From positions 31,062,001 through 31,126,000 of the forward strand of contig OZ024746.1 of NCBI GenBank assembly GCA_964016885.1: DNA of 64,000 nt, in the 5' to 3' direction. The notes under the pieces were generated by a model. That model was not told the origin of the DNA, did not search any database, and saw nothing but the letters and a program-made list of their open reading frames with translations. Below, in pieces: positions 12,972 to 24,959 of this stretch; the stretch's first letter is position 1, and the number at the start of each line of letters is the position of its first letter. The stretch is from Eledone cirrhosa (Eukaryota). Position numbers and translations under genes: made by a program.

Positions 12972-13822
12972 GTAAGACACTTACCATGATTTAACATTCA
13001 CTTTCCGTACTAGAAAGGGTTGGACAGGTCTTTATAAACCATGTTAGTATTGAAGTAAGACTGACCTCCGAGACAGGCCGGGGGTCTGTGTCTTACTTAC
13101 ATCCAGTCTCGCATTCTACCCAGTGCACCAGCAAAACAGGGGCTTTCATGTCTTTGACACAATCAAAGGGTCTTCTCAACTCTTTGTTGGCCAGCTTTCT
13201 ATAGCTGAATGCCCTTCCTATCACCAACCATTTTACATTGTGTACTGGGTGCATTTATCATATAGTTCACTAACAGTAGAGAGGTTGTCACTCCATGACG
13301 CAACTAAAGAGTCTTTTCAACCCTTTTGGCATTGTTTCTACAGTGGAGTTGGATGTGATATAAGACTGAACTGACTGGTGATGTGTCATAATACATTGAC
13401 ACATGTGAGTGAAATTGGGTAGACAGAAACTGTTTGGAAGCCCATCAGATGGACTGTACCTGTAATTCAAAAGACCAGCTTTGTCAAAACATTGTCATGC
13501 TAAATCTCACTGAGAATTCATCATCTTTGCTTAACGTCCATTTTTCCTGCTAACAAGAGTTGACCATTTTATCACAGACTGGTCAGTACTCAAGCAGTGC
13601 CCTTTCTCTCCTCCAAGGGGCCCGAGCATGTTTGCTTCATTTCTTTCTAGTTTTCTCAGATTTTCTGCAGTTAATTCCCATGTTTCACTTCCATGTAGAA
13701 TTGCAGTTTGCATGCAGATGATGATGTGTGTGTGTATACATACATACACACATAGATATATGTATATGTATACACACATATTTCCAGATATATTTTTTCC
13801 TATTTTTAATATCTTCCGATAG

Positions 13823-14579
13823 AATCTTTCCGATGTGGATTCCCTGAGCAGAGATTCCAGTCCTCGGACGTTGCCTGTGATGCCATCAACTCCACCACTT
13901 TCTTCTCGTCTAGTCCTGACCACTGCCCCTTCCACCTTCACCACCTCTTCGCCACTGACCACTACAACAACAACAACAACAGCAGAAACAGACACATCAA
14001 GAACCATTTTAGAAATAGCATCAGAAGCACTATCAACTATTCCCACCACCACCACCACTACTACTATTGCTATTACAACAACTACTACTACTACAACTGC
14101 AGCAACAGAAGGAATTTCTACACCTCCAGTTCCAACAGTCACCACCACCACCATTTCTAATACCAATAATACCATTTCTGATTTTACCGTTGATAGTTCT
14201 TCAATTGGATCCTCCACCACTGATACCATTTCTGGTACCACCACCACTACCAATACCATTTGTGATGCCATCATCGATGGTTCTTCAGCTGGTTCCTCCA
14301 CCAGTACCATTTGTGATGGTACTGTTGATGGTTCTTCAACTGGTTCCTCCACCACATCCAAAACCATTTGTGATGGTACTATTGCTGGATCAACTGGTTC
14401 CTCCACTACCGCCACCACTAATACCATTTGTGATGGTACTATTGATAGTTCTTCAACTGGTGTCTCCATTACCGTCACCACAACTGATACCATTTGTGAT
14501 GGTACTATCGGTGGCTCTTCAAGTACAATCATTGAGTCTGGCCTTCCTACAGACACTTTAACAGACTCTTCCCTGCCAG
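13823..14579 (+). CDS. NISCH: Nischarin exon, Thr/Ser-rich low-complexity region with tandem TICDGT repeats (alternative donor at 14587)
   Basis: Pyrimidine tract plus tag| gives phase 0 into the open frame NLSDVDSLSRDSSPR...TDSSLP. The phase-1 donor g|gtaatc fits the exon at 23117; a second donor caa|gtatgt lies at 14587. Confidence 0.75.
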
Positions 14580-15539
14580 GTAATCAAGTATGTATCCGTT
14601 GCTTAATGCTAGTCCAACCATTATCAACAACATAAAGCTCCTCTTCCTTCTCCCTTTCCTCCCTCTCACTGTCACCTCCCCTCCTACCTCTACTCTTCCT
14701 CATGAACACTCCTCCTCCAACTACTACTGATGAATGGCTTGTTGGTTGTTGTTCCCTTTGTTTTTGTCTGTTTGCCTGATGCCTACCAAATGCTTGTCTC
14801 TCTCCTGTCGACTGTCCCTCTTTCTCCCTATCCCTCTCCATCTCTCTTCCTATCCCTCTCTCTCCTCCCCTATACAACACCTTTCTATCCTCCCTCTCTC
14901 TCAACTTTCATCAGTCTGATACCAATTTCTCATTTCTCTCTTTATACCACTCTAACCATGACCACCACACCTCAATGTTTATAGTATCTCTTTATCTACT
15001 GTACTGCTTGGGTCATTATCAACATTATAATTAGTCTCTCTTCCTTTAAACCACTCTAACCATGACCACCACCCCCTCAATGTTACCTACAGTATCACCC
15101 TATATATCTCTACTGTATTGCTGGGGAGTCACTATCAACCTTAGTCTCTCTCTCTCTCTCTTTATACCAGTCTAACCATGACCACCACACCTCAATGTTG
15201 TCTACAGTATCTCTATATATCTACTGTACTGCTGGAGTCACTATCAACTTTATAGTTAGTCTCTTTCTCCCTTTATACCACTCTATGACCACCATCCCTC
15301 AATGTTGTCTACAGTATCTACTGTACAGTTGAGGTCATTATCAACATTATAGTTACTCTCTCTCTCTTTATACCAGTCTAACCATGACCGACCACTACAT
15401 CTGAATATTGTTTACCGTATTTATATACCAGCCTCTAGCATGACCACCACCTCTGAATGTTGTCTTCAGTTCTTTTTATACCTCTTGTACTACTGCTCTA
15501 GCATGGCTGTTATTATTTTATCATATGTATATATGTGTG

Positions 15540-15598
<59 letters not shown>

Positions 15599-16419
15599 AT
15601 CATCATCATCATCACCATTTTATTTTCCATATTTGCATGGGTTACACGGTTGGTCACATTCTGAGGCTTGGTTGGTCTAATGACCATGTCTTGCTCATAT
15701 GTTCCTTTCTCGCAGGATATCTATGGCGAGATGCCCTTCCTAATACCAACCACTTTACAAAGTGGATTTGGTACATTTTCTCATAGCACCACCACTACCA
15801 CCTGACAGGGTTGACTGCATGCTTTTTAATATGGCACCATCACTACCTACAGGGTGGGTGGGTACATTTTATCATGGCACTGTCACTACCCTATTAACAA
15901 CACTAGAGCACTATTTGTGTCACCCTTGGCCATGCTGAGAAGATAATGATAGGAGGTGGCTGAGCTACATTGCTTACCAAAAGAGGGTGTGAGAGAGAGA
16001 GGTACATTGCTTAACAAGAGAGGGGGTGAGGTAGAGGTACATTGCTCACCAAGATAGGGGGTGAGGGAGAGAGGTAGCTTTAAAGAGAGTGACATGTAAC
16101 TACATTAGGTGTGAAGAGGGGATATCTTTCCATGTTGGTATAGATTGGATGGGAAAGGAGGAATTTGGTATGTGAATGGGATGGAAGACAGGGTGTGGGG
16201 TAGATAGTAAGGGAGGAGCATTAACAAACAGTAAACATAAACACAGAAACACATACACATGTATACACACACACATATATATAAGATAGGCATCCATGTA
16301 GTTTCTATCCACCAAATTGCAAAGCATAGGTCAACCCAAGGTGCCACAGATATATAGCCACTACAATATTTTTCAGTTAATTATTTATCTTCCTCAACAA
16401 ACCAACAATTTCTTCTGAC

Positions 16420-16576
16420 TGTCAAATATCTTTTCTAACAATCAAATATATCAATATATTTCTTCTCACAGTCAATATGTCAACACATCTCTTCTGACAG
16501 TCAAATATGTCAACACATCTCTTCTGACAGTCAAATATGTCAACACATCTCTTCTGACAGTCAAATATGTCAACAT
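16420..16576. repeat. 30-bp minisatellite tcaaatatgtcaacacatctcttctgacag
   Basis: Three near-perfect and two diverged units. Confidence 0.95.
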
Positions 16577-16609
16577 TTTATTATGTAATATTTCTTGTAT
16601 ACATTTCAG

Positions 16610-16637
16610 TCAAGTGGTGGGGCTTGCTGTCCATTAG
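16610..16637 (+). CDS. NISCH: Candidate 28-nt nischarin microexon (SSGGACCPL)
   Basis: tttcag|tca agt ggt ggg gct tgc tgt cca tta g|gtgata. It is a GC-rich island in an AT-rich intron, and its phase 0/1 bridges the 14587 donor to the 23117 acceptor. Confidence 0.5.
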
Positions 16638-18249
16638 GTGATATTTTCAGTTTCAGACTTTCATGATTTTACTGCTAATTGTCTTTTCTTTTATTAATCA
16701 TTAAAATCTAATTTAATGAGGTATGCTTTCTATATAAAGATAACATTATGAGTTTTTCTATCACAGTACTACTTTCAAAACTGCTACTATAGTAATACTA
16801 GTTTTACTAGTAAAAGTGGTAGTGTTAGTAGTACTACTACTTTTTCCTATTAACTCCCATTGGCATATTTGATATTTTGATATTTTCAATAAATTGGCAG
16901 AGTTGTTAATTCTGAGTTCAATCCTGCCATAGTCAACTTTGCCTTTCATCCTTTCAGGATTGATAAATAAAGTACCAGTCCCGAGGCTGTGGATTGGTGG
17001 AATTGTTGAAGAGTTGGACAAGATGCTTTTCAGTATCTGATCTGCCTCCTTCTGTCAAGAGTTGGGACCAACAGATATCTGTAATGGAAAGACTAATAGA
17101 AACATTTTCTTTGCTTCAATCTGAGGATCAGCTTTCTTCTGCCAGGAGTTGTGACCAATGGACAGTATCAGTAATGAAAATAACTAATGAAAACATTGTT
17201 TCCCTGGTCCAATTTGATCAGCTCTTTTCTTCTGCCAAGAATTGTAACTAACAGATAGTATGAGCAATAGAAAGATCAATGGAAACATTGTTTCCTTGGT
17301 CCATTCTAATGATCAACTCTTTTCCTTTCTTATTAACATCTTGAGAATCTTTCTATCTAACAAGCATGTCTTATCTTACTTCATTTCAAGTTTAATTGGT
17401 CTTTCATAGTCTCTTGTAGACTGTTCTCACTGTTATATTTTTATTTAAATATAGTTGATGTCATGCAGATTTATAATTTTGTAATGTGTTGTTGTCTCTC
17501 AAATAACATTTGAAATGTAGTTGTCTCAATGCAAATAACTATAGTAATAGTGAGACCACTATAATCAGTAGTTGAGAAAATGGGATAAAAGTACTCCTGG
17601 AGATGGTGAAAAGTGGACAGTACTGACTTAAAATCTTCTAATAGATAGCAATCAGTGATTAGAGACTGTAGTGTGATGGTTAACACACTCACCTATTATC
17701 CAAGTGATTTGTGGTTCTATTACTTGCAGATATGTCTGTCCACATTGTCCCATTTCCAGGGACACTTTACCTGATTTTCCATTATTTATAGGGATCAACT
17801 ATTATTATAATCATCTGCTTTGGGAAGACTATGCTTCTTAAGTCAACTGGGTGTTTACACTTCAAGTAATATGCCTATATTGTTGTAGTTGTTACAATTA
17901 TATATGGTTTATAGTGTAAGAAAGTAATATATGGCATATATTTGGCATGATTTCTGTGACTAGAGGCCCCTTATTTACACCAACCACCTTACATGTACTA
18001 TGCTGAGTGCAATTTTTTGTGGCATGAACACTAACACTTTACTGGCTGTATTTTATCCTGGTGCCAACACTTGAGAGGTTGTCACATACTAATCCAGACT
18101 GAAGAGTCTTCTCAAACTTATCTTTTAAAAAGTATGGGTTAATGTCAAAAGGTGCATCCAGTCATAGAAAACCCGCCACATAAGTCTCATCCAAGCCGTA
18201 CCAGCATAGAAAAAGTGGAGGAAGAGGATTGTTATTTTCTCATGTCATT

Positions 18250-18690
18250 AACCACACATTACAGTAACAGCACCACACATATTCTATAAACCACATGACA
18301 GTAACAACAAGACAATTATATTTTAACAACATAACAGTAACAACACACATTTTATAAACCACATAACAGTAACAACACCACACATATTCTATAAACCACA
18401 TAACTAACAACTACAACACATTCTATAAACCACATAACAGTAACAACTACAATACATTCTATAAACCATATCTCTGTAACAACATCACACACATTCTATA
18501 AGCCATATCACTGTAAGAACACCACACATCACATTCAATAACTAACAACTACAACACATTCTATAAACCATATCACTAACAACTACAACACATTCTATAA
18601 ACCATATCTCTGTAACAACACCACACACATTCTATAAACCATATCAATAACAACACATATTTTATAAGCAATATAACAGTAACAACAATA
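18250..18690. repeat. About 40-bp imperfect minisatellite (acattctataaaccacataacagtaacaac)
   Basis: About 10 units visible. Confidence 0.85.
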
Positions 18691-19063
18691 TATTTAACTT
18701 TTTTAACTGAAATTAGAAAGAAAATTGATGTTTGAGACCAAAATGTCACCTTCACTCTCACCTTCCATATAATGTTGAGAGATTTAACTGTTGTTTCTAG
18801 CTACCTGAATGACCACATAAAATCTTCCTCTCTTGTTGGTTAATGTAAAGAACGATACCTTGATTTAGTTCTTTGCTTGAAGATTTATCCAGCATCATGT
18901 TTTTACTGATAAAATATGAAACTAACTAACACTTAACTACATCAACCAAATTCACTCCCGCAACAATTCCATTCCTGTTAGCATGAATCATTTTCAATTT
19001 GTTGGTTTTCCATGTTGGCATGGGTTGAACAGGTTGTTAGAAACGAAGTTAGTTCTTCATTAA

Positions 19064-19254
19064 CCCTTTAGCATTTACTATTATATTTTCACGGTAAAGG
19101 CTTTACTTCACATTATTATAGAATCTGAGATTTTGATATTATTTATTTCGAGAACAATAACTTAATATCAGTATGAGCAGCCGGTTACAGCTGGTTTGAA
19201 CAGAAAGAGGTGAGAGAATTCTGGCCGGATATGGCCAATTTAAATGCTAACGGG
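19064..19254. mobile_element. piggyBac-like MITE
   Basis: TTAA on both sides; TIRs ccctttagcattta / taaatgctaacggg. Confidence 0.8.
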
Positions 19255-19857
19255 TTAAAGCTACAGACCTTAGAGACAGGCCAGAGGTCATGCTCACATA
19301 CGTTCCACTTTTGACATAGATTCTACAGCTTCAAGTCCTTTCTATCACCAACTACTTTACACAGTGTAGTGGGTGCATTTTGTCATGGCAGCAGCACTAA
19401 GGAGGTTGTCATGTCCTTGACACAATTGCAATGGTGATGTGACATATCTCATAACATAACAACCCGTCTAACCCATGCCAGCATGGAAAATGGACATTAA
19501 ATTATGATGGTGTGTAGATAGGCTGAAATTTTCCAACATCTAATTACAATAGTTAGTTGACATTAAAACTGCTTTATCATTTAATCCATGATTCATCAGT
19601 TTTTTTCTTAAAATATGACTTAACAATGGTAAGGAGGGGTGTTGGTTTTTGTTGGTTTTTTAATGTCTGAGTGTGGTGTGGTGTGTGTGTGAGACTGCAT
19701 TTAAATGTATGTTTGTGTGGCTATGTTTGACAGTGGGTGTATTTTTTAATTAAGTGTTGACTTATCATTCAAACATTACACATACCAACACACACTCACA
19801 CACACACCAACACACTCATATACCAACACACACACACACACACACACACACTCAGCA

Positions 19858-20068
19858 ACACCATTACACTCACACTAACACCATTACACTCACACTAACA
19901 CCATTACACTCACACTAACACCATTACACTCACACTAACACCATTACACTCACACTAACACCATTACACTCACACTAACACCATTACACTCACACTAACA
20001 CCATTACACTCACACTAACACCATTACACTCACACTAACACCATCACACTCACTAACACCATCACACT
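19858..20068. repeat. 20-bp minisatellite ccattacactcacactaaca
   Basis: About 10 near-perfect units between (CA)n tracts. Confidence 0.95.
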
Positions 20069-21269
20069 CATGCACATACCCACACACACACACACACACA
20101 CACACATAAATCTCTCTCCCACCATGCCCTACACTACAGATTTAATTATACATACACCAACATACACATAAATCTGTCTCTCCCGCCATGCCCTACACTA
20201 CAGATTATAATTACGATATAACATTTACTTGAGAAAGTTTCTCCATATAAAGTCAAGTGACTGTTTCGTCAATTGTTACTTTTGCCATAAGTCAGTGTTT
20301 TAGGTTTCATATTAACATCACCATAACCACCACTACTACTACCACCAATATCATCACCATCACTACTATCACCACCACCATTACCATCACCACCACCACC
20401 ACCACCATTACCATCACCACCACCACCACCACCACCACCACCATCATCACCACCAACACCATCATCACCACCAACACCATCACCACAATCAACTCCACCA
20501 TCACCACCATCATCAATGACAGTTCCAAGTTTAACCAATATTTCAATGTCACCAAAACTACAGTGACTCATGTCATCTGTTTAGTCAGATTTACTCACCT
20601 GTCTCTCTTTCAATGTTTCTTACCTGGCAGTTCCTCCCCTACCTTTCTCACCTCTTCTCTTTAACCCCCCTCTCCCTTTGTAATTGCAATTCCAGCATCA
20701 ATCCCCACCATCACCACCCCTCCTCCTCCATTTCTCAATCATTTCAGTTTTATATATTTGGATTCATTTGGTTGTTTTTGTTCATGTCTCTTATATGTTT
20801 AATTCATTATTATTTATAAAAATAAAGAAATAATAATTATTATTATTGTTATTAGGGCAGTGGGTTAGCAGTATCGGTAATGCATTGGACACCATGCTTT
20901 GCAGGATAGAGTTACGGCCCTTTACGTTCTGGGTTAAAATCTCACCGGGGTTAGCTTTGCCTTTTATTCTTACAGAATGCAAAGGGCCGTAACTCTATAC
21001 CGCAAAGCATGTTGTCCGACGCTCTACCGATACTGCCAATCCAAATTGTTTCTACTTTTGGCACAAAGCCACCAATTCGAAGAAAAGAAGAAATTGATTA
21101 TATCAACCCCAGTACATTACTAGTACTTTATTTTGACCATGGTAGAAACCCATAACTAATTACTGCAAATTCTAACACTAATGACTGTGCCAATCCACTA
21201 CATGATAATGATGATAATTTCTTGGCCATAGGATTTAGCTGGTATATTTTTTGATTATATTTCTAATTC

Positions 21270-21775
21270 TAACCCTTTTGATACTTCTCCCCAGGCTCGA
21301 TGATACAGAGTTCTTTATTTGAAAATGTTTATATTTATCTAAAAACATTCCAACATAATTTTATGTAAAAACCTTTGTTCCAAACACCAGCTTAATAATG
21401 AAAAAATCACTTTACTAAATCCTTACAAATTCTTGATTATTTTCAAAATGACTTAAAAACTGTAGACAGTGTCTTTCATTGGAAATAAAGTAGGGAAAGA
21501 GTTCAAGACATGGGCAGTGATTTCCATTAGAAATATGGTAACAAAAGGGTTAATGGCATTGGCAGTGTCTCTCATTAAAAATATGGTAATGAAAAGGTTA
21601 ATGGCATCAGTAGTGTCTTTCGTTAGAAATATCATAATAAAAGGGTTAATGATATAGGCAGTCTCTTTCATTAGAAATATGGTAACGAAAGGGTTAATGA
21701 CATAGTGTCTTTCATTAGAAATATAGTAACAAAAGGGTTAATGACAGTGTTTTTCATTAGAAATATAGTAAGGGT
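21270..21775. mobile_element. piggyBac-like MITE with its right end tandemly amplified
   Basis: Starts taaccctttt; about 7 copies of gtgtctttcattagaaatatggtaacaaaagggttaa. Related copies lie near 6640-6941, 21962-22213, 23400-23725, 29941-30187 and 39657-39873. Confidence 0.7.
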
Positions 21776-23116
21776 TGTGATGTTGTTCTATTTGGTGTTG
21801 GCACTGCTGCATGTGTGTATGTTGCTGAAGAAAGCTTCATGTCTACTTGTTTTGCGAAAAATTGCATGTGGTGATAAAAACAAACATGATTTATTTGATC
21901 TCATATCTAATATCATGGCTTTCAATGGGAATATCTCACACCTTGATATCATTTGGATATATTAACCCTTTAAATAGCAAACCACCTGAAAACACCCCTG
22001 CTTCTACAATACAAATGTTTGTTTTAATGTGTTTATATTTATCTAAAACTCTATCATAATTTTTGGCAAGAATTAAGTTATGTTCTAAACACCAACTTAA
22101 TAATGAGAAAGTTAATTATATTTTTAAATCCTCCAAATTCTTGATTATTTTCAAAATTATCTCAAAATCACAAGCAGTGTCTGTCATTAGAAATATGGTA
22201 AGGAAAAAGTTAAAATATTTTATCTCGTTGGTTTTACTGTAGTATGGTGCAATAGAAGCAGTGAGGTAGTGTATGTACTCAGGTGTAAGCTGTACCTTTT
22301 TTCCCATGAAAATATGGCATGAAAAACCAGTATATGATTTAGAAAATCCTCATTGTAAATGTATGTTAAATGGATGTGTGACTTTTAAGTGTATGGGTAA
22401 ACATATGTTTTAGAAAATGCCAGTATAAAGAAGTGAAAAACTGATGTGAAGTAAAACAATAGTTTACAGTGTTACTTTATATTTCGGTATTAAAATACCT
22501 TTTTCAAAATAGAATTGAATAGTCATCATCATTTAATGTCCATTTTCTCTGCTAATAAGAGTTGGACGAGTCATCACAGACCAAGTATGTACTTAATCAG
22601 AGCCACTGATTTCTCAGATCGGCTGGAATTGCATCTCGTTTACATTCTACAGTATACTAGCTGCATTTCATCACAGGACTAGCACTGAAGTTGTCATATT
22701 TTTGACATAACTGAACAGCCTTCTTCATTCTCTAAGTTTTCTATGACTGGAAGCTCTTACTATCACCAACCACAGTACATTCCTTTATTTCTATCTCTAT
22801 AAAGATAGTTTTAACCCCCATATCAATATGTAAGGTAAAAGTGATATATTTACAATAACTATATGTCCATAACATTAAGTTCAAATCTGTGCCATGGGAA
22901 GCTATCTAGTTGGCCTTAATGCTATTGCTGGTTTTGCCTGGGAATCTTTCACATTCATACATACACACACACACACAGCCAGCTACACACACACACACAC
23001 ACACACACATAGCTATCCATCTAGCATACACAAAATGTGTTAATCAGTTATGATGTTGTTATATAGCCACTACATTCTAACTGAAGATGTGTGTTTGTGT
23101 TCTCCACTTGTTGCAG

Positions 23117-23316
23117 GATTAAATGGAAATGGAGAGAAAGCCACACTGTTAGCCATTGCTCTTCATTCTAATCATTTAGCTGCTACTCATCATTCTCAGA
23201 ACATACCAGCAAGTGTCACAGATAAAACTCCTATTACCTCTTCTCTTTCTCTCGATGATAGTCACCTCATCTGCTCAGACAACAGCTCAAACACTGACCA
23301 GCAGATAGAAACTAAA
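23117..23316 (+). CDS. NISCH: Nischarin exon (variable linker)
   Basis: cag|(G)LNGNGEKATLLAIALHSNH...DQQIETK|gtaagt, phase 1/0, open frame. Confidence 0.75.
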
Positions 23317-23997
23317 GTAAGTATTCACTGCTATCATTTCAACCAGAGTTTTAGCTCAGAATGTCTTGCTAAAACCATTTTTATACCAAACAAATTGAAC
23401 AAAACCACCCCTGGTTACATACATAGCTGTTCATTTTAAATATTTATATTTATCAAAAAAAAACTTCCATCATAATTTTATGTAAGGACCTCTAAGTTAT
23501 GTTCCAAACACCAGTTGAATAAGGAAGTTAGTTATATTACTAAATACCTCCAAAGACTTAATTATTTTGAAAATTATTTGAAAATCAAAGGCAGTGTCAT
23601 TTATTAGAAATATGGTAATGAAAGGGTTAATGACATAGGAAGTATCTTTCATTAGAAATATTGTAATGAAAGGTTAATAACATAGGAAGTATCTTTCATT
23701 AGAAATATGGTAATGAAAGGTTGACATAGATAGTGAGATGTGGCACCATAGTACCACCTGTAAACATGTGGCACCACACTACCATAAAACACCACAGTCC
23801 TACTATAATGTGTTTCTCCACAGTCACCATATTAATGTACTATCAAACTATGTAAACTAAAGTATTATTGTTGCTTTGATGTAATCTAAATTATGTTGTA
23901 TTACTAGAGACATCAGTATATTTCATGTAAACCACATGTTGTTGACAGTAGATTATTTAATCTAAGCTGTAATATGTTGTTATTATTGTATGATCAG

Positions 23998-24086
23998 CGA
24001 ACCAACAGTAACACCAACTGTGATGTGGACTACAATCTCAACCCAACCACTTCACCATCAAATTATGGCCATAGAAAACATCATTT
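23998..24086 (+). CDS. NISCH: Nischarin exon (variable linker)
   Basis: cag|RTNSNTNCDVDYNLNPTTSPSNYGHRKHH tt|gtaagt; phase 0/2 is what the last exon requires. Confidence 0.75.
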
Positions 24087-24112
24087 GTAAGTTAACACTT
24101 TTTCTACACTCT

Positions 24113-24169
<57 letters not shown>

Positions 24170-24959
24170 CATCATCATTTTATGTTCACTTTTCTATGCA
24201 TGGGTTGGATAGGTCTTTTCCATCATAGTTTCCCTCCACCTACTGCATTCCTTTGTCATCTCCTCTCTGAGCTTCACCAATTTGAGATCAGCTCTCACCA
24301 CATTTACTCAGGTCTGTCTTGATCTCTTCAACTTTCTTCTACTGGGATTTTTTGTCACTTGTTTACTCAACAATTACCATCCATTTGCATCACATGTTCA
24401 TACCGGTACAGTCATATTTTCTGTACACTACACATAATACCAACAGTTTTCTCTTTTGTAGACTACATATGATTCCCCTTATACCCAAAGTTAGATACTC
24501 AGGATCATCTGCACAACATCCAAGTGTGTGATCCTTGCTAATTAACACTGCCACTGCCAGTTTCGTTGCTGACTAAGGATTTCACTTCAACTAAGGCTTC
24601 TTCAACCATTAATCAATGCTTCTCTGAAAAAAACAAAAAATACCCTAAAATTTGATCTATTCAACTTTTAACAGCTTTTGGAATGACTTCAACTAAATTT
24701 ACGATTTTTCACATTTCGACCATTAACCAAGACTAAAAAAGTTCCTGGTGTGAAAAAACTGATCTTATATTCACTGATTAGAGTCTTTTAAGGAAGAAAA
24801 TGTTATCTCACACACACACACTCTCTCTATCTTTCTCTCTCATACACACTGTCATACTCATACACATGCACATGCAGACATTCTCTCACACTTAAACACA
24901 CACATACACAGCTTTCTAATATAATTTTACTAATTCTCTTTTCTTTCTTTCTTTCTCAG

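Noticed and set aside
13531-14556. 341-aa Val-rich ORF on the minus strand
   Set aside because: Antisense shadow of the Thr-rich nischarin exon.
20257-20664. Thr-rich ORF as an extra nischarin exon
   Set aside because: (ACC/ATC)n microsatellite without suitable splice sites; not needed for phase continuity.
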